Virus record (IMG/VR): IMGVR_UViG_3300048694_000840 | Coordinates: 1-53,360 of that record | Source of the DNA: a virus | Taxonomy: Duplodnaviria > Caudoviricetes | Length of the DNA stretch: 53,360 nucleotides | Strand: one strand, 5' to 3' | Shown here: positions 1 to 9,192 of the stretch, piece by piece | How the letters are laid out: the number at the start of each line of letters is the position of its first letter | Position numbering within the stretch: the first letter of the stretch is position 1 | Translations under genes and position numbers: made by a program | The notes under the pieces: model-generated | What the model was told of the DNA's origin: nothing | Database searches by the model: none | What the model saw: only the letters and a program-made list of their open reading frames with translations

Positions 1-293
1 ACACGGCCGGAAAATGGCCAAGGTTATTCGGATTGCTGTAGCGGCCTGAAATAAGCAGTAAGACCAGGCGGTGGCGCTTGGCGGCTCATCGGTTGCTTTT
101 GGGAGCGCTATGTCGCTCCTTTTTTTTTGGCTGTAGGACCAGCAGTGATATGGGGCCGGCGGGGCCATGGGGCGGTACGTTAGCTAAAAAAGCCCCACCA
201 GGTCAAACTCTTTTTTCCCATTTTTTATTTTCTGGGGCCTCCTCAAAGGATTTTAAAAATTTTTTCGGAGCCCCCTAAGAAAAAAATCAAATT

Positions 294-1493
294 TTATTCC
301 TCATCATCCTCAAAATCTTCAGTGTCTAAAGCTCTTGTTAGGCCATTGGCGGTACTCATTTCAGAAAAAGAATATTTCTTTAATTTACCGACATGAAACA
401 TAACAATCTTATCCATAGGATATTCTGAGGCCAATGATTCTACCGCTGGTATTACACCGAACAATTTAATCTTATGCAGAAATTCAGATTCTTTAGTAAA
501 CAAACCATCTTTTATATACTGTGTGTATTTTTTCCACCCAGTTCTAAAATTGTCTATCTTAGTTTTCCATGATTCTTCTGGATCAGCACCTTGTAATGTA
601 GAAGTATGAATAACCACTCTAAGTTCTTTGACTTTTTTACCGGCCAAATCTTCTGCTAGATAGCAACAAGCTGCCGGAATCGCTTTAACTGGAGCCTCTG
701 AAGAATAAACATAGTAATAAATGCCATTGTTATTTTCGTTATCAACGTAACCCCATTTGCGTATTTCTTTTTTAGCTGAATTTGTTGTCCAAGAAATAGA
801 CGAACCAATATCACCAGACATTGTTCTAAGAGCAATTTTGTTGATTTCGGCTGTACTAAAACAACCTGGAGCAACTCTATTGATTCTCTTAACAATATCG
901 CCATAATCATTTTTAGTCCATCCACGCTTTATGGCATATCGACAAGTTTTGACAATATCTTCCATGGTATGTGGTGAATATGGATCTTCAACTGCATTGA
1001 ACAATTGTTTTGCATCGTGGTAAGCTTCATAGGAAGAACAATTATAAATGTCAGCAATGATATTCGTAAATCCTTGTGCGGTTAACTCTTGGATTCTTGT
1101 TCGACCATTGATTAGGTATTTTGAACCATCAGGAAAAATTGCAATTGAAATAGGTTTGTGATCTAATTTAAATCCATAGGTGCGAATTTGATAATAAACA
1201 TTTTCGGCTTGTAGTCCTCGGCCGTTCGTTCTTGCAGATTGAACAGCGGCTTCGTCTGAAGAAAGATGCCTGGATTTATCCGAAATGCTTTTATCTAAAG
1301 ATTGTTCGTCATCATTGAAAAAAGTTCCTAGTGGAACTATCTGACGATTGATATATTCTAATCCATCTATAAGATCATCTTTATTGTAAAGACCGGGATA
1401 AACACTTGGATTGATATATTTTAATGATATCTCCAAATCATTCTGTGTGAATTTTTTGGCAGACATGGGAACGGAATGCACTAATATGGGCAT
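294..1493 (-). CDS. ParB/Srx-like N-terminal domain protein
   Basis: 399 aa ORF with AAGGAG RBS; KPISIAIFPDGSKYLINGRTR resembles the ParB/sulfiredoxin GxxR motif. Confidence 0.55.
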   Translation of the reverse strand: MPILVHSVPMSAKKFTQNDLEISLKYINPSVYPGLYNKDDLIDGLEYINRQIVPLGTFFNDDEQSLDKSISDKSRHLSSDEAAVQSARTNGRGLQAENVYYQIRTYGFKLDHKPISIAIFPDGSKYLINGRTRIQELTAQGFTNIIADIYNCSSYEAYHDAKQLFNAVEDPYSPHTMEDIVKTCRYAIKRGWTKNDYGDIVKRINRVAPGCFSTAEINKIALRTMSGDIGSSISWTTNSAKKEIRKWGYVDNENNNGIYYYVYSSEAPVKAIPAACCYLAEDLAGKKVKELRVVIHTSTLQGADPEESWKTKIDNFRTGWKKYTQYIKDGLFTKESEFLHKIKLFGVIPAVESLASEYPMDKIVMFHVGKLKKYSFSEMSTANGLTRALDTEDFEDDEE

Positions 1494-1524
1494 GATAAAC
1501 TCCTTTATAAATTTTTAGGTTTTG

Positions 1525-1578
1525 TAGTCAATTCATCATTGACTAGGTTTAGTTGTTGTTAGGTTCATCACCTAACAA
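1525..1578 (-). promoter_or_regulatory. Twin hairpins with identical GAUGA loops in the 5' leader of the ParB-like gene
   Basis: Minus strand TTGTTAGGT-GATGA-ACCTAACAA and TAGTCAAT-GATGA-ATTGACTA; perfect 9 bp and 8 bp stems. Confidence 0.55.
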
Positions 1579-1589
1579 TATTATATATG

Positions 1590-1802
1590 TTAGTTTTCTT
1601 CCTTAAAGTTCTTTTCTCTACGCAATTTTAAAATTTCTTCCGCAGCCTCTTCCAGCAAATCTGAGATTCTGTCTGGTTTGCCCTCTTGTACGGATCTACG
1701 ACCAGGAATCTGTCTACGGATCTCTGCACGTTTCTTTAGACGGAATACGATATCATTTTCTATCATATTCTGTATCATATTGTTTATATCATTGGTTTTC
1801 AT
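1590..1802 (-). CDS. Conserved hypothetical phage protein
   Basis: 70 aa; RLKKRAEIRRQIPGRRSVQEGKPDRISDLLEEAA is typical of small T4-like phage ORFs; ATGA overlap with the upstream gene. Confidence 0.7.
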   Translation of the reverse strand: MKTNDINNMIQNMIENDIVFRLKKRAEIRRQIPGRRSVQEGKPDRISDLLEEAAEEILKLRREKNFKEEN

Positions 1803-2110
1803 ATCAATCTCATAATTTGTTTCTTGGTTAACAAATAAGTCATTTGATCATTCAACACTATACGTTTCTTTGGATCATCAGTAGATATAAGTAATAAACT
1901 GAGTATATTATATGCATCATTCCTTTCATACCAGGTACCAATGAACCATCCTGATGGATTACGATTGCCTCTGATACAAAACTCATCGGCATACACGAAA
2001 TGTGAAAGAGATACGGATATGCCAAGATTCCAAAAGTCTTGTGCTTTTCTTTTTGCAAAATCTAGATACTGGCCACTATTCCCTGCAATCACAAAGTATT
2101 TTTCATTCAT
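1799..2110 (-). CDS. Hypothetical protein
   Basis: 103 aa ORF, translationally coupled to the next gene. Confidence 0.65.
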   Translation of the reverse strand: MNEKYFVIAGNSGQYLDFAKRKAQDFWNLGISVSLSHFVYADEFCIRGNRNPSGWFIGTWYERNDAYNILSLLLISTDDPKKRIVLNDQMTYLLTKKQIMRLI

Positions 2111-2177
2111 AATTGATCGTTCGATTACTATATATTAGTATAAACACTAATAGTACTAATACTAATAAGGATATCAT

Positions 2178-2369
2178 ATGTTTGCCATTCTAATTTTCAC
2201 ACTATACATCATTGCGTTAGTCATCACTAACAAAATTGATATTAAAATAGATTCTCTTACTCCAAAATTTGGACATTCCATGGAAGAATTTGTGGCCTCT
2301 AAGAAACCACAAAGCACCGCAGAAGCCGAACACTGGGTCAATGAGTACATGAGAAAAACCTTATTTTAA
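2178..2369 (+). CDS. Small membrane-anchored hypothetical protein
   Basis: AAGGA RBS, N-terminal hydrophobic helix, late-promoter-like TATAAACA ~35 nt upstream. Confidence 0.6.
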   Translation: MFAILIFTLYIIALVITNKIDIKIDSLTPKFGHSMEEFVASKKPQSTAEAEHWVNEYMRKTLF

Positions 2370-2603
2370 TTTCTTTGTCTTTCTTTTCTTTGGTTCATCC
2401 AAAGCAACATCATAGAAACTCCGGTATTCTTCCTCTGTAATCTCTTTAGATTCCGTTGATTTAGTCCAGAAAAGGCTTTCAGTGTATTTCACCATATCTT
2501 TATGATTCTTTTCTATACACACGAAATTATACTCAAAACCAGTTTTCATTGCAACGTGTACCTTGTAAAACTTGGAGTTTTTTCTAACTAAGGTTTCTGT
2601 CAT
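2361..2603 (-). CDS. Hypothetical protein
   Basis: 80 aa ORF in a coupled gene chain. Confidence 0.65.
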   Translation of the reverse strand: MTETLVRKNSKFYKVHVAMKTGFEYNFVCIEKNHKDMVKYTESLFWTKSTESKEITEEEYRSFYDVALDEPKKRKTKKLK

Positions 2604-2755
2604 TTTCTTTTGGCTTTACGTGTTGCTGTCGTAATAGCAGTTTTCGCTTTCTTCATGGTGGACGTTTTCGTAGATACTTTACCAGTCTTTTGATTAATTG
2701 TTCTGGTGGTACGAACTCTACCGGCTTCTTTGATGAAACGTTTGAATAAACTCAT
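2600..2755 (-). CDS. Small basic hypothetical protein
   Basis: Likely start MSLFKRF; ATGA overlaps at both ends. Confidence 0.55.
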   Translation of the reverse strand: MSLFKRFIKEAGRVRTTRTINQKTGKVSTKTSTMKKAKTAITTATRKAKRK

Positions 2756-3006
2756 TTTAATTCCTTTGCGTGACTTTCCATACGTTCGACACAACAACGG
2801 CAGGTCTGGTCAAAAAATACTTCGCTCAATTCTGGATTGCTGCAATATGGGCACTCTTCCATTCTTGCACAGTTCCATGCAGCCTCAAGCCATTCGATGG
2901 CTCTTTGCGGTGTCATACCGGAAAATTCTTCGAAAAACCGGTCACTCCTCATGGAGTAATTTTCGAATTCATCGAACCATTCATTAAAAGTATCGTATTT
3001 CATCAT
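2752..3006 (-). CDS. Hypothetical protein with C-terminal Cys cluster
   Basis: Likely start MMKYDTFNEWF; CPYC...CRCC. Confidence 0.55.
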   Translation of the reverse strand: MMKYDTFNEWFDEFENYSMRSDRFFEEFSGMTPQRAIEWLEAAWNCARMEECPYCSNPELSEVFFDQTCRCCVERMESHAKELK

Positions 3007-3032
3007 ATAAATCCGGAAGCGCTGGAAAAGAA

Positions 3033-3281
3033 TCAGGTCTTGCAGTAAACAGGACCGAGGCCAGTAGGACACTTGAGATTGGGACAACAATAACCCATAA
3101 CACCAGATAAATCCAAGCCACAAAGAGAACACTTGGAGATGTTTGGAATCTGGTCAAAAGGAACATTCTTTTCTAAAAAGTGAGCAAATACCAGAAGTTC
3201 TTTCTCCATTTGTTGGATTCGATTATCTTGTTCTTCAAGGATAAGCTCAAGTAAATGAATGTAAAGTTTAAGTTGATCCAT
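3033..3281 (-). CDS. Hypothetical Zn-ribbon protein
   Basis: 82 aa; CSLC...CCPNLKCP. Confidence 0.6.
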   Translation of the reverse strand: MDQLKLYIHLLELILEEQDNRIQQMEKELLVFAHFLEKNVPFDQIPNISKCSLCGLDLSGVMGYCCPNLKCPTGLGPVYCKT

Positions 3282-3420
3282 TTTGTTCTTTCAAATAAAA
3301 CATTTTGTATAATTTAACATAGTATGCAAAACGAATAGGTTCTTGTTCAAGATTAGGTAATCTATCACCCCATATTTTTACCATACGATTGTAGTGATAG
3401 ATTGCTTCCTCATTTGACAT
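3268..3420 (-). CDS. Small hypothetical protein (50 aa, below the ORF track cutoff)
   Basis: Manual translation MSNEEAIYHYNRMVKIWGDRLPNLEQEPIRFAYYVKLYKMFYLKEQNGST fills the gap between neighbours. Confidence 0.6.
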   Translation of the reverse strand: MSNEEAIYHYNRMVKIWGDRLPNLEQEPIRFAYYVKLYKMFYLKEQNGST

Positions 3421-3880
3421 GGCTGAAATAACGCTCTTTCAAACCTTCTAAGATGTTCATCACATCCTTTTCATTCATTGCATTGTCACTATCAATACGA
3501 TCCTCAAGTTGTAATACATCCCATTCATCATCTATAACATCATACCATGCATAGATACAAACTTCTTCTTCAGGTCGGTGTTGAATCATGCTGCCAAAAA
3601 CAAACGAATATATTTCATGTTCTGGAAATTTAAATCCTTCTTTTAATGCATCCTTGTGAATAAAGATGGCATATGATTCCATATTTTCGTTGCCATTTTC
3701 AATCCAAGCATAATCACCATTTTCGTCTGTGGTTTCTAAATCACCATAACCTTCAAAGGTAATCTTAACCTCTTGCAAATCGGAGATATCAACACCAATT
3801 TCCAAATTGTCTGGATCACGGTCTGAAACATCCAAAAACAATTTTATAATTTTACAATACTTATCGTAATCATAGTCCAT
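3410..3880 (-). CDS. Acidic hypothetical protein
   Basis: Long ORF, likely start MDYDY. Confidence 0.65.
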   Translation of the reverse strand: MDYDYDKYCKIIKLFLDVSDRDPDNLEIGVDISDLQEVKITFEGYGDLETTDENGDYAWIENGNENMESYAIFIHKDALKEGFKFPEHEIYSFVFGSMIQHRPEEEVCIYAWYDVIDDEWDVLQLEDRIDSDNAMNEKDVMNILEGLKERYFSHVK

Positions 3881-3881
3881 T

Positions 3882-4160
3882 TTACAATCCTTCAATAGTA
3901 GACCAACGTTTTAGTTTTTCTCTTTTAGCTTTACGTGCTTCATTAATTGCACTATCAGAGATTATACACTTTTCCACAAGAATGTCAATCATGGCCAATA
4001 AATCACCGGTTTCTTCTTCTAACGATTCCTTATTTGATTTACCGGTGACAGGGTGTTTAGAATCAAAGCCAAACCGGAAAATCTTGGAAATGGCCTGTGT
4101 CACTTCGGCACATTCCTCTTGTGCAATACAAAAAATCTCTTTAGTCTGATTATTCATCAT
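3882..4160 (-). CDS. MazG-like NTP pyrophosphohydrolase
   Basis: EECAEV...LEEETGDLL EXXE/EXXD motif of the all-alpha NTP-PPase fold. Confidence 0.8.
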   Translation of the reverse strand: MMNNQTKEIFCIAQEECAEVTQAISKIFRFGFDSKHPVTGKSNKESLEEETGDLLAMIDILVEKCIISDSAINEARKAKREKLKRWSTIEGL

Positions 4161-4381
4161 TTACTTTCATTCAACAAAACAGAATCACCTTGGCCACCAT
4201 TCACAAAATCTTCGGCAATGTTTTCTGCCATGCTCTCTGAGCTTACGGTGGTTACCTGAATAACTCTTTCATTTTGATACATTTTTACTTCCCATTTATT
4301 GAATGATTTGTCCCAATGTTGACTAATCAATTCAACCGTAGCCTTTCGGCCAGGTCCATAAAATTCTGAATATATTTGCAT
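4157..4381 (-). CDS. Hypothetical protein
   Basis: 74 aa, GGAG RBS. Confidence 0.65.
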   Translation of the reverse strand: MQIYSEFYGPGRKATVELISQHWDKSFNKWEVKMYQNERVIQVTTVSSESMAENIAEDFVNGGQGDSVLLNESK

Positions 4382-4390
4382 ATTAACTCC

Positions 4391-6610
4391 TTATGAAATC
4401 CAAGAAATAAAACGATTGAGAATCACTCGGTTGTTGACACGATTGCCAGCATACTTGGTGAAAGCAGAAACGATACCACGTGTGGTTGCATTTTCTTTAA
4501 TCTCCAATTCTGCATCATCTTCGGTATCAAGACCATTGCTTCTCAAAATATAATAATCATCAAAACCAGTCATGGTTGAAATTGCATATTTGTTCTTCAC
4601 AAATTCTTGTTTGATTGATTCAATCTTATCATAATCAAAAAGACCATTCTCTTGTTTCACATCATAAAAATTCCTAATACGATTTTTGAATTCGGATGTA
4701 TTGGTCACATAGAAACCAATGACATGTGAATTTGTACGATGTTTCAACAAACGAATCAATGCATTGCTTTGTTGTAGACTGATAGAATTGCTACTATCAT
4801 ATGTGTATCGTTCTTCAAACCGTGTTTTCTTATCACGCAAAACAACATATTCAGATTTACGGTTATTCAATGATGTTGAACTGAAACCAAAACGATCCTG
4901 ATAAATGTTAGACAAATAAGAACCTTCACCATCAGTCAAGAAAACGGTGTTAACAATTTGCAAACGATTCTTTTTCTGAAACTCAGGAACAATTTCCAAA
5001 GCAGATATGATGGCCTCATTCAAAGGAGTACCACTCAAACGCATCCACATCGGAACATATCCTGCACGACTGTAAGCACCAATGCCAGAAATATCCATCA
5101 GTACAGTAGCAGCAATCATAAAATCTTTGTTGTTCATGCGACTGGACAAAATGTTCAATAGACCAAAACCGTGTGCCATCAAATCACCGGGTTGATGTTC
5201 AAATCGGCACATGTATTCACTTTTTGTATCTTCAATAAAAGAATACACTTCAAAAGGAATATTTACTTTACGGCAGAACAAAGCCAAATTTAGTAATTGT
5301 TTGACGGTGTTACCAATGTGGTTGGTCATAGAACCAGACCAATCAAGATACATAACAAGTCCATGTGATTTGCCTTCTGGCATCACAGTCATTTTCTTAA
5401 AGATATCTTCATTGAAATTATAAGAATAAATTTTATTCATGTTCAATTCACCAGTCTTGGCTGTTGAAGCACGTTTCAATTGGCTTGCATTTTTACGGAG
5501 TTCAAACTCTTTGACAAGATAAGAAACCACTTTATTGGATTCTTTCTTAAATTTTACGTAATGTTTGAAATTCAATGTACCACGGTCTGCAATATAATCA
5601 GTATAAAGCTGTTTGTAATCGTAAATATTGCTTGTGTCAAATTTAGGAACAGATGCATATACGATATTTCTAATATCGGTAGAATACAACTTTTCTTGGT
5701 TACGGTTGTATGCTTCATCAGTGAATGATTTTAGTTGTTCATCAATGTCGGCACTCTTATTTCCCATCGTTCCTTCAAGTCCACTTGAAGTTCTGTTACG
5801 AGAATTCTCAGAGGCCTCATCGGTTTCTTCGGTTTCACCATCTTGGCCGTCAGATCCTTCAGCATTTTTTGCGGATCCTTCTTTTTCTTCAGATTTTTCT
5901 TCAGATTTTTCTAATTTTTGACCACGAGCGTCAATCACAACATCAAAATCATCAAGTGATTCGCCTTCGGATGCTTGATTTTCGCCGGATTCTTCACCGT
6001 CACCATCAACCAGAACAGCAATTTTCATTTTTTCTTGCTCTTCTAGTTGTTTTTTAAGTTCTTCCTTCATGTACTCCATGATTTTTTTCGCCATAACGAC
6101 AACTTCATCATAAGTTTCGCAGGCCTCAACTTCACGGACAAGTTCTCGCTCTTCATCCGTGAATTTAATACCAAGAATAGGACCAATTTTATGATGCAAA
6201 TTCATGCGGTCAATAAAATTGAGCAATTGAATATCTTTTCCTTCAATCTCAAAGAAATCTTTTTCTTGTAATTCACCGTAAGCTTTGACAAAACAGTTCT
6301 TCAAGCCAGGATATTTGTATTTAACTTTACGTTCAATCCGACAATCTTCAACCACATTTAAAATGGACATATGGACGCCTTCATCTTTTGCAATTTTCAT
6401 CTTATCAGCAGGCGTATAGAGTGCATGACCAACTTCATGGCCAATAAACAAGTCATAAAGATCGCTGGAAAGTTTATCGTCAAGAATAGGAATCGTCAGA
6501 ATACGATTCAATACATCAAAACTAGCAGTAGGCACTTTGGCTTCTTGCACATATAGGTTTTCTGTAGCCATCAATTTGGCCAAAAGTGACTTGGAATCAA
6601 AACTTGACAT
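4391..6610 (-). CDS. HEXXH metallopeptidase-like / VWA domain protein (CobT-like, T4-like phage type)
   Basis: HEVGH zinc motif, acidic linker, MIDAS DWSGSM, GTPLNEA, FLTDGE. Confidence 0.8.
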   Translation of the reverse strand: MSSFDSKSLLAKLMATENLYVQEAKVPTASFDVLNRILTIPILDDKLSSDLYDLFIGHEVGHALYTPADKMKIAKDEGVHMSILNVVEDCRIERKVKYKYPGLKNCFVKAYGELQEKDFFEIEGKDIQLLNFIDRMNLHHKIGPILGIKFTDEERELVREVEACETYDEVVVMAKKIMEYMKEELKKQLEEQEKMKIAVLVDGDGEESGENQASEGESLDDFDVVIDARGQKLEKSEEKSEEKEGSAKNAEGSDGQDGETEETDEASENSRNRTSSGLEGTMGNKSADIDEQLKSFTDEAYNRNQEKLYSTDIRNIVYASVPKFDTSNIYDYKQLYTDYIADRGTLNFKHYVKFKKESNKVVSYLVKEFELRKNASQLKRASTAKTGELNMNKIYSYNFNEDIFKKMTVMPEGKSHGLVMYLDWSGSMTNHIGNTVKQLLNLALFCRKVNIPFEVYSFIEDTKSEYMCRFEHQPGDLMAHGFGLLNILSSRMNNKDFMIAATVLMDISGIGAYSRAGYVPMWMRLSGTPLNEAIISALEIVPEFQKKNRLQIVNTVFLTDGEGSYLSNIYQDRFGFSSTSLNNRKSEYVVLRDKKTRFEERYTYDSSNSISLQQSNALIRLLKHRTNSHVIGFYVTNTSEFKNRIRNFYDVKQENGLFDYDKIESIKQEFVKNKYAISTMTGFDDYYILRSNGLDTEDDAELEIKENATTRGIVSAFTKYAGNRVNNRVILNRFISWIS

Positions 6611-6789
6611 TATTTTTTCTCCGTAATTATCAAAACATTGCCTGTAGGTGTCTCACGCACTTCAAGATTCAATACTGTGCCTTCTTTCCAGCCAACTTCA
6701 GCGATAAAGTCATCAGGAAAATTCAAAATTGCATCTCCTGTGCCGTCATTCGTTTCTTCAATATCAGCAATCCAAGTTTTTGTTTGCAT
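6610..6789 (-). CDS. AbrB/MazE/SpoVT-like DNA-binding protein (59 aa)
   Basis: Manual translation ...GDAILNFPDDFIAEVGWKEGTVLNLEV...; TAATG overlap with the next gene. Confidence 0.65.
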   Translation of the reverse strand: MQTKTWIADIEETNDGTGDAILNFPDDFIAEVGWKEGTVLNLEVRETPTGNVLIITEKK

Positions 6790-6901
6790 GTTTCACCTTA
6801 CGGTTGTATTTTACATCAATTTTGTGTTTTTGCACAGGCTTAATTGGCGTCCTACACACAGGACGTTGTAATTTTACAACAAAGTTAATTTCTTTCTTCA
6901 T
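6764..6901 (-). CDS. Small basic protein with ArfA-like YxRKxKH motif (45 aa)
   Basis: Manual translation MKKEINFVVKLQRPVCRTPIKPVQKHKIDVKYNRKVKHANKNLDC. Confidence 0.45.
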   Translation of the reverse strand: MKKEINFVVKLQRPVCRTPIKPVQKHKIDVKYNRKVKHANKNLDC

Positions 6902-6902
6902 T

Positions 6903-7235
6903 TTAACGCCTCATTTTTGAAATTTCTACTGCTTCTTCGCTATTAAAAACAGGAACAGCATTGGATTTGTGCATTGTTGCAATTCCCATAACTTTTGTGC
7001 CTGTGTAAACCTTCGGTGATGCTTTTGTAGCAGCAACGTTACCTGTATTTAATGACGGATAATGTTTGGTTTCACGGACATACGGTTTTGTGCCAGTCCA
7101 TGGTGTCACATTAGTGACAATTTTCTTGGTTGGTTGATATTTTTTGACAATAGCATCCCACTCAGCAGCAAGTTGCCGCTGAGCTGCATTGGGTTTGCGT
7201 TTTTTGCGTTTGGGGATGTGTGGATGAATGATCAT
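6903..7235 (-). CDS. Conserved hypothetical T4-like phage protein
   Basis: C-terminal YTGTKVMGIATMHKSNAVPVF motif common in T4-like phages. Confidence 0.75.
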   Translation of the reverse strand: MIIHPHIPKRKKRKPNAAQRQLAAEWDAIVKKYQPTKKIVTNVTPWTGTKPYVRETKHYPSLNTGNVAATKASPKVYTGTKVMGIATMHKSNAVPVFNSEEAVEISKMRR

Positions 7236-7262
7236 ACAATTATCTCAACAAAGAATAGGTGT

Positions 7263-7291
7263 ATTATAACACCAATTGAGATAATTGTCAA
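7263..7291 (-). promoter_or_regulatory. Sigma70-type early promoter
   Basis: TTGACA-17 nt-TATAAT, perfect consensus. Confidence 0.85.
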
Positions 7292-7316
7292 TCACTTGTT
7301 GTATTAAAACAACAAA

Positions 7317-7499
7317 TCAATATCGTGCTTTTTGTGCTTTGAAATCCGAACGATAGGAATCTTCAAACTCATCGTAATACCTTTGTTTTCGGTATTCTTT
7401 TTTTCTAGCCTGCTTCTTGGCCTTGTACTCTTGGTCCGAATAATCGGAACTATCAAAATAATCTTTGTCTCTACGAGACTGTCTAAAGGTTTTAGACAT
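7317..7499 (-). CDS. Small charged hypothetical protein
   Basis: 60 aa, AAGGAG RBS. Confidence 0.6.
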   Translation of the reverse strand: MSKTFRQSRRDKDYFDSSDYSDQEYKAKKQARKKEYRKQRYYDEFEDSYRSDFKAQKARY

Positions 7500-7500
7500 A

Positions 7501-7875
7501 TTACTCCTTGCTTAATACCTCAAAATTAATTCCCTTGATTTTTGTTTCCGGCATATTGTGTAAATCGGAATCCGTGATATATGTTATGTCCGACAAGGGA
7601 TAACAGAACTTAACAATCTTTAATAAATTACAAACTGTACCATCACCATCTAAGAATCTAAAAACTTCATCAACACACTTTAAATTTTCCACAATCTCTC
7701 GGCGTGTATCATAATTTTGATTTAATAAGCCTGTTGCCATGTGTAAATGTATGTCTGTGTGAACACCGACAATTAACCAATCTCCTTTGCTTCTGCATTT
7801 CTGGAGAAATCGTAATTCTTTGAGTGTGAGTGGATCAAATATTCCTGATGTAACGATTATTTTATCTGGGTTCAT
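7501..7875 (-). CDS. Cytidylyltransferase-like protein (TagD/RfaE-II fold) with degenerate HIGH motif
   Basis: IIVTSGIFDPLTLKELRFL...GDWLIVGV...R.EIVENLKCVDEV. Confidence 0.75.
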   Translation of the reverse strand: MNPDKIIVTSGIFDPLTLKELRFLQKCRSKGDWLIVGVHTDIHLHMATGLLNQNYDTRREIVENLKCVDEVFRFLDGDGTVCNLLKIVKFCYPLSDITYITDSDLHNMPETKIKGINFEVLSKE

Positions 7876-8297
7876 GGAAGCATCTGTGGAAAAGCCTCTT
7901 TGACAAATTTATAATTTAAACCTTTCACACCTTGATCTTTTTGAAAGATGCCCATAATAATTTCAGCTTCACGTGGCTCTATTGTATTTAAAATTTGAAA
8001 CAATAATTCCGTTCTTCTTTTTTCTGTTAAATTTTCTGCTGTAGGATGTCCTTCTTGAAAAATATACAACCTACGTAATTGTGAATTCAAGCTGTCGTAT
8101 GTCAAACCAGGTAAAACGTCAGTTGGCATACGATAATTTTCTGGAAGCTCTTTTACCTTCCATTTGTATTCAGGATGAAATGTCATCTTCAATACATCGA
8201 CCAATGTTTGTGATAAATTGTTTCCGATGACTGCCATTCTTTCCTGTTTTGTCGTGGCTTTCTCAAATTCATCAAAAACTTCATAAAGTGCTTTCAT
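7872..8297 (-). CDS. Conserved T4-like phage protein next to rnh
   Basis: 141 aa; RRTELLFQILNTIEPREAE...FVKEAFP. Confidence 0.7.
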   Translation of the reverse strand: MKALYEVFDEFEKATTKQERMAVIGNNLSQTLVDVLKMTFHPEYKWKVKELPENYRMPTDVLPGLTYDSLNSQLRRLYIFQEGHPTAENLTEKRRTELLFQILNTIEPREAEIIMGIFQKDQGVKGLNYKFVKEAFPQMLP

Positions 8298-9163
8298 TAA
8301 AATTCCTCAATAACATCCATTAGATTTTTAAGTTTGTTTGCAATGAAATAATCCAGTATTTTGCCTTTTGCTGGTTTAGTTTCTTCATAAGTATTTATGA
8401 TTTTGTCTTTGAGTTCACTAGGAATGTTCCTAAGGTCAATCAACGTCTGGTTACGTGAATAACCAATTCTAGCCTTTTCATCTTCCCAATCACCGTGATA
8501 TTCTTCAAGTAATTTTTGCATTTTGTTTTTGCTAATCGGTGTTTGCCGAGTTCCAGTAGCAAAACAATCCGATGCGGAAAGAATATTTGGAATACCATCG
8601 CCTTTATCGCCAGAAATAATTTTTTCTTTCAATTCAAGTAACGGGTTTTGAGAAACAACAAATTTCTTTTGTGCAGGATTGTATTGTTTGATTGTATAAC
8701 CAAACTTTTGGCCATTATACATTTGTAATTGTAGAAAATCGCCATCACTGGAAATAATCAACACATCTTCATGTGGAACTGCTCGAGGTGCAAGTGTACC
8801 AATGATATCATCGGCTTCGGCGCCTTCAACATCAATGACTTTGTATGGAAAATTGTCTTTGAGCTCTTGCTTGAATTTGGCAAGCATATCAAATATCAAA
8901 TGCCAGTCCAAATCGGACTTTTCTCTTGCTTTTTTACGATGCGCCTTATAAAGAGGAAAGAATTCCTTGCGCCAGTACTTACGGTTGTCACAACACAACA
9001 CGACCTCACCATATTGTTCACGGAAGTTCTTTAGGTGAGTCCTGATGATGTTCAAGACCATGTGTCTAATCAAACCTTCTTCCAGTTGTAACTTTGGTTT
9101 CTGATTGGCAATCTGTGCCATCAGACCAGCAAGCAAGACCTGGTTTAAATCAACGAGAATCAT
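8297..9163 (-). CDS. rnh: T4-type RNase H (5'-3' exonuclease)
   Basis: ILVDLNQ, YWRKEFFPLYKAHR, EADDII, SSDGDFLQL, GDKGDGIPN. Confidence 0.92.
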   Translation of the reverse strand: MILVDLNQVLLAGLMAQIANQKPKLQLEEGLIRHMVLNIIRTHLKNFREQYGEVVLCCDNRKYWRKEFFPLYKAHRKKAREKSDLDWHLIFDMLAKFKQELKDNFPYKVIDVEGAEADDIIGTLAPRAVPHEDVLIISSDGDFLQLQMYNGQKFGYTIKQYNPAQKKFVVSQNPLLELKEKIISGDKGDGIPNILSASDCFATGTRQTPISKNKMQKLLEEYHGDWEDEKARIGYSRNQTLIDLRNIPSELKDKIINTYEETKPAKGKILDYFIANKLKNLMDVIEEF

Positions 9164-9192
9164 AATATACCTTTTCAGTTTTTCTTATTGTA

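Noticed and set aside
78-278. 66 aa plus-strand ORF
   Set aside because: TTG start, no RBS, and it crosses homopolymer tracts in an atypical GC-rich region.
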